Positions 27,371 through 35,933 of a DNA stretch of 64,000 nt are shown in pieces. The stretch's first letter is position 1; each line of letters begins with the position of its first letter. The notes under the pieces were generated by a model, which worked only from the letters and a program-made list of their open reading frames with translations, searched no databases and was not told where the DNA came from. Origin of the DNA: Saprospirales bacterium. GTDB taxonomy: Bacteria; Bacteroidota; Bacteroidia; Chitinophagales; JADIYW01. Location of the stretch: positions 130,320 through 194,319 of the forward strand of contig JADJSS010000004.1 in the NCBI GenBank assembly GCA_016711605.1, written 5' to 3'. The translations under genes and the position numbers were made by a program.

Positions 27371-28466
27371 AAAAATAATATTTTGTGTTACAAATGATTT
27401 GGTTTTCGATCAACGTATGCAGCGTATTTGTACTACGTTAGCAAACAATAATTTTCATACAGAATTGGTTGGACGCATTTTAGGAAACTCAAAACCAGTG
27501 GCAACCTTTCCTTTCTTACAAACCAGATTAACATGCTTTTTCAATAAAGGATTTTTGTTTTATGCAGAATATAATATTCGCCTGTTTTTTTATTTATTAT
27601 TTGCAGATGTCGATATTATTTGTGGTTGTGATTTAGATACTTTGCCAGCAGCAGTTTTAGCAGCCAAACTAAAACGCAAAAAAGTAGTGTATGATGCACA
27701 TGAATATTTTCCTGAATCGCCTGAATTAATTGGCAAACCAATGAAACAATCTGTTTGGTATTTCATAGAAAAAGTATTAGTTAAACGAACAGATACACTT
27801 TATACTGTAACCAACTCTATCGCACAAATTTTTAATAGAAAATATAAGGTAGATTGCAATGTTATAAGAAATCTTCCAATAAAAAAAATAACTCACAACT
27901 CACAATTCACAACTCACAACTATCTTCTATATCAAGGTGCCGTAAATATTGGTCGAGGTTTAAATGAAATGTTATTAGTGATGTTGAAAATTGAAAATGC
28001 AACATTTTATATTGCAGGCGATGGCGATGAAATGGAACATATAAAATATAGTATTAAAGAATTGAATTTAGAAAATAAAGTTAAACTATTGGGTAAAAAA
28101 ACACCTGATGAATTAAAGGAAATTACACAACGTGCTTATATTGGCGTTAATCTTTTAGAAAACAGAGGTTTGAGTTATTACTATTCTTTAGGTAATAAAA
28201 CCTTTGATTACATACAAGCTGGTATTCCACAAATTCTAATTGGTTTTCCAGAATATATTGCGTTGAATAAAAAATATAATATTGGAATTGTAGTAGAAGA
28301 GTTGACAATTGAAAATATTGAAACGGCTATTAATAATTTAATTCAAGATAAAAATTTGTATAACGAATTGCAACAAAATTGTTTGAAAGCACGTGAAGAA
28401 TTATGCTGGGAAAATGAAGAAATATTATTGATTAAAATTTACGAACGATTAATGATTAAAAATTGA
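27363..28466 (+). CDS. Glycosyltransferase (GT-B fold, GT4/GT1-like)
   Basis: Its start overlaps the recQ stop by 8 nt. It shows a two-Rossmann-domain pattern (KKIIFCVTNDLVFDQRMQR...; LLYQGAVNIGRGLNEM...FYIAGDGDE). A heptamer repeat lies in the inter-domain linker. Confidence 0.75.
   Translation: MSKKIIFCVTNDLVFDQRMQRICTTLANNNFHTELVGRILGNSKPVATFPFLQTRLTCFFNKGFLFYAEYNIRLFFYLLFADVDIICGCDLDTLPAAVLAAKLKRKKVVYDAHEYFPESPELIGKPMKQSVWYFIEKVLVKRTDTLYTVTNSIAQIFNRKYKVDCNVIRNLPIKKITHNSQFTTHNYLLYQGAVNIGRGLNEMLLVMLKIENATFYIAGDGDEMEHIKYSIKELNLENKVKLLGKKTPDELKEITQRAYIGVNLLENRGLSYYYSLGNKTFDYIQAGIPQILIGFPEYIALNKKYNIGIVVEELTIENIETAINNLIQDKNLYNELQQNCLKAREELCWENEEILLIKIYERLMIKN
27890..27924 (+). repeat. Heptanucleotide tandem repeat (AACTCAC)x5, 3 perfect units, inside the glycosyltransferase CDS
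   Basis: The units read aactcac aactcac aattcac aactcac aactatc and are translated as ITHNSQFTTHNYL. Confidence 0.9.
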
Positions 28467-29608
28467 TAATGCAATCTCAAATCTCAAATCTCAAATCTGA
28501 ATTTCTGAACATCATTTGCTTCGATGTGCCATTTCCTGCTGATTATGGTGGTGCAATGGAAGAGTTTTATAAACTTAAATCGTTGCATGATTTAGGTGTA
28601 AAAATTTATTTGCATTGCTTTGTTTATGGTGATAGAAAACCACAAATAGCGTTAGAAAAATTTTGCGAAAAAGTATTTTATTATGAAAGAAAAAAATCCA
28701 TCATTGATATTTTTTCATCGATTCCATTTATTGTAAAGTCAAGAGAAAATAATGAGTTGCTGCAAAATTTATTGAGCAATGATTTTCCAATTTTATTTGA
28801 TGGAACACACAGCATTTTTTATTTAAATCATCCTGAATTAGCTAATAGAAAGAAGGTAGTTCGTTTGCATAATATTGAATGGATTTATTACAGCATTTTA
28901 TCAAATTCATCTTATACACTGAAAGAAAAGATATTTTATTTTTTAGAATCCAGAAAATTAAGGAAATACGACGCAACGCTAATAAATGCTGATGGTTTGT
29001 CATGTTTGTCGCAATCAGATTTTGATTATTATAAAGATAAATTTCCAACTAAAAATATTTCGTTAGAACATGTCTTTCATGAAAATACAACTATAAAATG
29101 CAAACCAGGCAAAGGTGATTATTTACTCTATCACGGTAATTTATCGGTGTTAGATAATTATAAAGCGGTGATTGATTTATTGAATAATGAATTGAAAAAT
29201 TGTACGCATAAAATTATTATTGCAGGCAAAAATCCAACGGAAACATTGATTGATTTTGTAAAAACTAAACCGAATATTCAACTCATTCCAAATCCAACTA
29301 ATGACAAATTAGATGCGTTAATGATGAACGCTCAAATTTGTTTAGCGATAGCCAATAATCCATCAGGTATTAAATTGAAATTGATAAATTCTATGTATCG
29401 TGGTCGATTTATTTTTAGCAATGAAGCAGCATTTGTTGGAAGTGGTTTGGATGATTGCGTTATTAATATGAATGATTTTAGCGATGCACTTTTGGATGAA
29501 TATATGCAAAAAGATTTTACACAAGAAGAAATCGACAAACGTACTTTTATCTTGAATGATAAATACAACAATTTAAAAAATGCTGCTCAACTCTTACAGC
29601 AACTTTAG
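28463..29608 (+). CDS. Putative glycosyltransferase (GT1-like), weak assignment
   Basis: 381-aa ORF coupled to the upstream GT (4-nt overlap from TTG 28463; ATG at 28469). It has two Rossmann-like halves (FDVPFPADYGGAMEEF..., IIIAGKNPTE...). A heptamer repeat occupies codons 3-12. Confidence 0.5.
   Translation: MIMQSQISNLKSEFLNIICFDVPFPADYGGAMEEFYKLKSLHDLGVKIYLHCFVYGDRKPQIALEKFCEKVFYYERKKSIIDIFSSIPFIVKSRENNELLQNLLSNDFPILFDGTHSIFYLNHPELANRKKVVRLHNIEWIYYSILSNSSYTLKEKIFYFLESRKLRKYDATLINADGLSCLSQSDFDYYKDKFPTKNISLEHVFHENTTIKCKPGKGDYLLYHGNLSVLDNYKAVIDLLNNELKNCTHKIIIAGKNPTETLIDFVKTKPNIQLIPNPTNDKLDALMMNAQICLAIANNPSGIKLKLINSMYRGRFIFSNEAAFVGSGLDDCVINMNDFSDALLDEYMQKDFTQEEIDKRTFILNDKYNNLKNAAQLLQQL
28472..28498 (+). 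repeat. Heptanucleotide tandem repeat (CAAATCT)x3 plus one degenerate unit at the 5' end of the second glycosyltransferase gene
   Basis: The units read caatct caaatct caaatct caaatct, directly after ATG 28469. Confidence 0.9.
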
Positions 29609-29649
29609 AAAAGTTTGAATGCTATCGATAAAGAACTTTTCTAAAGTTA
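29602..29649. repeat. REP-like palindromic element, copy 2 (probable bidirectional terminator)
   Basis: Arms aactttagaaaagt (29602-29615) and acttttctaaagtt (29636-29649). The arm sequence and the following tttgaat match copy 1 at 5884-5933. The TAG stop of the GT gene lies inside the left arm. Confidence 0.75.
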
Positions 29650-29653
29650 AGTA

Positions 29654-30079
29654 CTACATCCATTTTTCAAATTCACTTCTAATGTTTTCTGACCATGGAA
29701 TTGATTTTCCTGTTGCAGGATTGGTGCCAACAATAATTCCTTCGCCATGCGCGCAAATTTCGTTGTTGCTATTGGTTACTTTATGATGCACCACTAAACT
29801 TGAGTTTCCTATTTTTTTTATAGCAACTGCTATTTCAATATCAGCTGGATGCATGATTTCTTTGGTGTAATTGCATTCTAATTTTCCAACTACAATTCTA
29901 ACGTTTTCATCCAAAAATAATTTCCATAAATTTGTCTTGTTAAAAAACTCTACTCGACCAGTTTCAAAATATCTAAAATAAATAACGTTGTTGATATGGT
30001 TCCATGCATCCATCTCGCCCCAAAGTACAGCTTGTTTTATTGGAAATGGAAAGATTAAGTTTTGTATATCCTGATTCAT
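29654..30079 (-). CDS. Acyl-CoA thioesterase, hotdog fold (4HBT/YbgC-like)
   Basis: 141-aa ORF with WGEMDAWNHINNVIYFRYFE (a catalytic Asp context typical of 4HBT thioesterases). Confidence 0.75.
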   Translation of the reverse strand: MNQDIQNLIFPFPIKQAVLWGEMDAWNHINNVIYFRYFETGRVEFFNKTNLWKLFLDENVRIVVGKLECNYTKEIMHPADIEIAVAIKKIGNSSLVVHHKVTNSNNEICAHGEGIIVGTNPATGKSIPWSENIRSEFEKWM

Positions 30080-30085
30080 GTTGTA

Positions 30086-30118
30086 AAATAAAAAAGTCCT
30101 GCTAAATAACAGGACTTT
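30086..30118 (-). terminator. Rho-independent terminator of secDF
   Basis: Stem aaagtcctg (30093-30101) pairs with caggacttt (30110-30118), followed by a T-run on the minus strand. Confidence 0.75.
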
Positions 30119-30141
30119 ATAGTTGAATTAAAAATTAAGTT

Positions 30142-33100
30142 TTATTTTTTCTTTGTAACTACAGGTTTTGTAGTAGAAGCTAAGTGATGCGTATGGTCAT
30201 GTGATTTATCTAAATCATACATAATAGGTGATGCAATAAATACAGATGAATAACATCCAACTACCACACCGATTAACATAGCAAATGAGAATCCTTTTAA
30301 TACTGGACCGCCAAATAAGAACAAGATAAGTACCACAATAAACACCGTAAATGCAGTGTTGAATGTTCTAGAAAGCGTTGAGTTAATCGCTGCATTCATC
30401 GTGTCTTTCATATCAGCATTTGGACGCATACCTAAGTATTCACGCAATCTATCAAAGATAATTACGGTATCGTTGATTGAATAACCAATGATTGTTAAAA
30501 TTGCAGCTATAAAAGTTTGGTCAACTTCCATTGCAAATGGTAAAATACCATGTAACATAGAGAATAATGCAATTACGACGAAAGCATCGTGCGCAGTTGC
30601 AGCTATGGCACCAACAGAATATCCGTATTTTCTAAAACGAATTAAAATGTAAATAAAGATTCCAACTAATGATAAAACAGTTGCCCAGGTAGAACTACGT
30701 TTAAAGTCACCTGTAATTGTTGGATCCACTTTGGTAGAACTCATAACATTCACACGTTTGAAGTTTTCAAATGATGTATTTGGAATGTATTTTGCCAATC
30801 CTTTATAAACAGCATTGTCTACCAAACCGTCTATTTCTTTACCTGTTTTGTTAATTAAATAAGAAGTTGTAATTTTTACTTGATTTTCAGAACCAAATTG
30901 TTTTACAATAGTACCATTTCCTAATACTTTAGTTAATTCATCACGAACTTCGCTTGTATTTACTTTGTTTTCAAAACGTACTTTGTATTCACGACCACCT
31001 TTGAAATCAATACCTAATTCAAAACCTCTTGTGAAGAAAGAAGCAAAACCTGCTATTATAATTACAGATGAAATTGCATAGGTAATTTTTCTTTTTCCAA
31101 TAAAATCGAAATTAATACCTTGTAAAAAGTTTTTAGTAAAAGGAGTGAAGTAAGCTAATTCTTTACCTTTTTCCATTCTTCCATCTACAATCATTTTAGT
31201 AATTAAAACAGCTGTAAATAAAGTGGTAGCAATACCAATCATTAGCGTAACAGCAAATCCTTTTACTGGACCAATACCAACTGCAAATAATATGGCAGCC
31301 GTTAAGAATGTAGTGATATTACCATCTAAGATAGCAGATAAAGAGTGTTTGAAACCTTCTTCAACGGCAACACGCAATCCTTTGCCATCGCGCAATTCTT
31401 CTTTAATACGTTCATAAATAATTACGTTGGCATCTACAGCCATACCGAGCGTTAACACGATACCAGCAATACCAGGTAAGGTAAGTGTAGAACCAAATCC
31501 AGCCATTAAACCAATTAATAATAGTAAGTTTAATAATAATACTATAATTGCCAACACACCAGATGTTGAGTAAAAAGCAATCATAAACACTACAATTAAT
31601 AAAAATGCAGCCACCATAGATAGTAAACCTGTTGTTAATAGCATTTTCACCTAAGGAAGCACCTACTAATTCTTCTTCAATAATACGAGCAGAAGCAGGA
31701 AGTTTACCAGTTTTTAATACGTTTGCTAAGTCAGTTGCTTCTTGAGCATCAAAACCACCTGTGATAGATGAACTACCACCATCAATTTCATTTTCTACAT
31801 TTGGAGCAGAATATACTTGGTTGTCTAATACAATGGCAATGCATTGTCCTACGTTTTTACGTGTTAATTCACGCCAAGTACGTGCGCCAACTGAATTCAT
31901 TTTCATTCCAACTGTGCTTCTTCCTTGTGGATCGGTATCTGGACCAGCTTGTACCACAGCACTACCATCTAAAGGTGCTTTGCCGTTATTGGTATTTCGT
32001 TTGATTGCATAGATTTCATAGAATTTAGTTTTTTTATCAGAACCCATAAATGGTTTTGCACCGAATAAAAAATCAACTTCTTTTGGAAATACACCTCTAA
32101 CTTCAGGTATATTCATGTATTCTGTGAATTTTGAAGTATCTAACACATTAACATAACCAATAACTGGTGATTTCTGGAAATAACCTGAATTGTCAATATT
32201 AGCATTGAATACAGCCATTAATGGGTTTTCATTTTTGAAATCTTCTAATTTTTTAGAATTAGAAGTATCTTTTTTTCCTTTGTTGTCTGTTTTTCCACCT
32301 AATGGATTATTGGTTGAAGCAGAATCTGTATTTCCACTCGATAATATACTATTTAAAGGATTTTCAACTTTTGCGCTGCTGTCTTTTCCTAAATCTTTTT
32401 GATTGTCTAAATAATTTTTTAGAGCTGTGTTAGCATCATTGATACTTTTACCTAAATCACCACCACGGTAACATTCCCAAAATTCTAAGTTAGCTGTAGC
32501 TTGTAATAATTTTCGCACACGAGCAGGATTGTCTACACCAGCAATTTCTACTGTGATTCTACCTTTATTTGGCTCTAAAGTTACTGTAGGTTGTTTAGTA
32601 CCAAATTGGTCAATACGAGATTGAATAATGCTATACGTTCTGTTGATGGCATCACCAGATTGTGTACGAATGTATTTTTCAACAGCAGCATCTGAACTCT
32701 CAAATGTTACAGCATCTTTATTGTTACGTGTTGCAAATAGTTGAGATAACTTAGCATCTTTATTTATTTCTTTGTATGATTTAATAAACAACGTGATATA
32801 ATCTTCATTGTTAGTAATCATTTTTTGCTCAGCAACTTCTAATGCTTTTCTGAAATTTCCATCTTTGTTGTTATCAGCTAATGAAACCAATAATTCTTTT
32901 AAAGAAACCTGCAAAACAACAGACATACCACCTTGTAAATCCAATCCAAGGTTTAATTGTTGTTCTTTGCAAGATTTGTAAGTACTTCCTAAAAATACTT
33001 TTTCGTTTGCAATAGAATCTAAATAACGATTTTTTAGTACAATTCTTTGTTGATGAATAGAGTCTTCATATAAAAATTGTGAAAGTTGGTTATCTGGATA

Positions 33101-33259
33101 CAAAGTAGCCGGATTTTCCATTTTAATACTTTTCTCAGCCATCTCTACTGCTTTTTTCTCAATAGAATTGACTTTAAAAGTGAACGATAAGCAATAAATG
33201 CAAACTAAAACAATTAGTGCTGTTAATGCAATCAGCGCGTTTCTTGTACCTTTACCCAT
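30142..33259 (-). pseudogene. secDF: Fused protein translocase subunit SecDF, interrupted by one frameshift near 31628-31640
   Basis: ORF 31412..33259 carries the SecD periplasmic domain up to ...EELVGASLGENAINN and then reads nonsense. ORF 30142..31650 resumes at ..TTGLLSMVAAFLLIVVFMIAFY and runs through the SecD TM bundle and the whole of SecF. The two frames join if one base is removed around aacaacagg. Confidence 0.85.
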
Positions 33260-33282
33260 AATAAAAAACTTAAATTAGGGCG

Positions 33283-33290
33283 CAAAGATA
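33283..33290 (-). promoter_or_regulatory. Bacteroidota -7 box (TATCTTTG on the minus strand) upstream of secDF
   Basis: The plus strand reads caaagata, 23 nt upstream of ATG 33259. Confidence 0.5.
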
Positions 33291-33406
33291 CGATTTTTAG
33301 CCAAAAAACAGAAACGATTATCCACAGATTGTGTTATAAATCAATTAATAAATGAACTAATTTCGATGCTTTGTCCAAAACCAACATAAATTATACTAAA
33401 AATAAG

Positions 33407-33442
33407 CACTTAAGACACTTAAGTAACTGAAGATATCTTAGA
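33407..33442. repeat. Degenerate 9-bp tandem repeat x4
   Basis: The units read cacttaaga cacttaagt aactgaaga tatcttaga, within the 346-bp intergenic region. Confidence 0.5.
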
Positions 33443-33539
33443 AGATTACAAAAATTAACCAATAAGAAAGCTAAGTTTTCTTCCGATTTTTAAGGATTTA
33501 ATAATTAGACTTTTCTAGTAAGTTTAAAAGAATACAAAC

Positions 33540-33580
33540 AAAAAAAAGCAGCACAATTTGGTAAAATGGTGCTGCTTTTC
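33540..33580 (-). terminator. Rho-independent terminator of the choice-of-anchor-B-like gene
   Basis: Stem agcagcac (33547-33554) pairs with gtgctgct (33569-33576), followed by a T-run on the minus strand. Confidence 0.65.
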
Positions 33581-33605
33581 TGCTTTTTATGTTGATTCCA
33601 ACTGA

Positions 33606-35836
33606 TTAATATATGGCAATTTTGCCAATATTACGTTCATTGGTGTTGGTAACTGCTTCAATTAAGTAAATATCTTTCGGTAAGTTGGGTAGAAATAACC
33701 TGTTTTCAGGTTTCTCAATCTTTAAAACAACTGTGCCAATACTATTGTAAATAGTTAATGTTACAATTTTCACATTGGTTTTATTGATAATAGTTAATTC
33801 GCCATTGTTTACCAGATATTTTATTTCGATTGAATTATAGCTGTTTTTAATACCAGTGATGGTAGTTGTGTCTAACACTTTTAATTGTATAGTGATTACA
33901 GAATCGCAGCCATTTATGGTTTGCAAATTAGAAACATAATTTCCTGGTGCGACAACCGTATTTCCATTTGGTAAGGTGTACGTATTCGGTACATATATTG
34001 AATCTTGCTTCGTAATATTATACACTGGATTTACAGCAACATAGGTAGTAATTACAGAATCGCAGCCAAGAACATTACGGAATGTATTTACGTAAGTTCC
34101 GCCAGTGGTTACGGTTGTACCATTTGGTAAAGTATAATTTTGTCCAAAGCAAATTGATACAGGAATTGTTGTTGAAGATGTTGAAAGCGTTGATAGTCCA
34201 ATTGAAATAATAGAATCACAGCCAACACTGTTGGTTAGTGTGTCTTTATAATTTCCACCGATAGAAACAGTTTTTCCGCTAGGCAATGTATAAGTTGTAC
34301 CTTGACAAAAAGTAGTTTGAATAGATGAAGAAGATTGCATAATTAAGTTTGTGGTGATAATGGAATCTTGGCCATTTGGTTTTACTATGGTAGAAACATA
34401 CGTACCAGCATTGGTTACCACTCTACCATCAGGCAACGTGTACGTATTTAAATTGCAATTACGTACTGTCTTAGTAGAATACACTGGAATTTGGCGCAAT
34501 TGAATATTTACCGTATCGATTTTTCCGTTTGTAAGTGTGTAATTAAAAAATTTGGTGATATAACCCGTTTTTTCTGCTTTAAAACGGAACGTACCTTGTC
34601 GTGGTGTACCCATTTTATAAAAACCAGAAACGTTTGATGTTGATGTGATAGCTGTATCTGCAAAACTAATGGTTGCATTGATAATTGGTTGTGTCGTATT
34701 GGTATCAGTAACGGTACCAACTATGCGTGCTGCACGAACGTAAGTAGGTCTTATTACATGCAATCCTTTAATCATATCGCTTAAGGTAATTAAACCAGAT
34801 TTATAAAAGCCATACGCGCCCCAAACTCCGTTTTCTGTGCGCGTGCTGGTTGGCTGTGTATCGTAATAGCCAATGGTAATCACATTGTCTGGAACGGAAG
34901 CATCAAAAATAGCTAAGCCATCAGAATAATAAGAAGCGATGATATAATCATTTAAGACGTGAATATTATGTAATATTTCCTGATTGTTTGGTAATACTCT
35001 GAACTCTGATAATTTTCTGATATTATTCGTATCTGAAACATCATACGCTTCTGCAGGAAACCCAAATTCTTCATGAATACAAAGAGCGTTTTATTGTCGT
35101 TGGATAACCACATATTATGTATAGTGTTGTATTCCGTAGCAATATCCTGAATAACTCTTGGACGTGCTTTATCTTTTACGTCCCAAATGGTGAAGCGATT
35201 ATTGTAGATATGCGCTTGATACATAATGTTGTTTCTTGAATAGCAATCATGTACATAATTAGTAGAAGTACCACCAAGAGAAGGTGTAAATCCAACAAAA
35301 CGTGGATGTTTTGGATCTGGTTTTAAATCATAGATGGCAACGCCATTGTTATTTACACCATTGATAACGGTTCGTCCACCATTTAAGTATAAAAAACCAC
35401 TATCATCTATATATAAAGAGTGTGTTTTTAAAATGGTATCGTTTCCACCACCTGATTTAAAAGTATCTACTTTTCCACCCGGCAAGGTTGTTAAATCATA
35501 AATTAATACACCTTCTGAATTGGCATTAATGTTATTGTCTTGCGTGATATATGCATGGTTTTTCCAGGTTTGACATTCGCGCCAAAGTCCTTGAGAGCCA
35601 GGAATAAACTTAACTTCTACAGGTGTTGTTGGTGTGGTAATATCCACAATAGATAAACCTCTGGTGGTGCCAACTAATGCATATTCTTTGTTGTTTACAA
35701 GGTCATTCCAACCCCAACTTCCAGACAAATTCATGCCTGTGTAGGTTCTTTTACCAATTAACTGACAGTTGTATTGCGCTTGTGCTGCAAAAATAAATTG
35801 GATGCTTATTAAAATAAGTAAGCTGATTTTTTTCAT
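33606..35836 (-). pseudogene. T9SS cargo: choice-of-anchor-B / LVIVD-repeat beta-propeller protein with CarboxypepD_reg-like domain, four Cys-motif modules and sorting domain; one frameshift near 35074-35085
   Basis: ORF 34952..35893 (signal peptide MKKISLLILISIQFIFAAQA from ATG 35836) loses sense after ..HNMWLSNDNKTLF. The alternate frame reads IHEEFGFPAEAYDVSDTNNIRKLSEFRVLPNNQEILHNIHVLNDYIIASYYSDGLAIFDASVPDNVITIGYYDTQ and runs straight into ORF 33606..34883. The C-terminus ...LTIYNSIGTVVLKIE...IGKIAIY resembles Por_Secre_tail. Confidence 0.8.
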
Positions 35837-35933
35837 GCGTTTATCTTGAATTTTTTGTACGACTTTAGTTACAAAAATTGCTTTTTGTAGCATAAAGATA
35901 CATAAAGTTCTGATTTTGAGAAAATAACTCCAT

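Noticed and set aside
31412-31650. 239-nt overlap of the two secDF ORFs as a programmed ribosomal frameshift site
   Set aside because: I found no slippery X-XXY-YYZ heptamer or stimulatory hairpin at the junction. The overlap consists of nonsense translation after the shift, and other genes in the window show similar simple indels.
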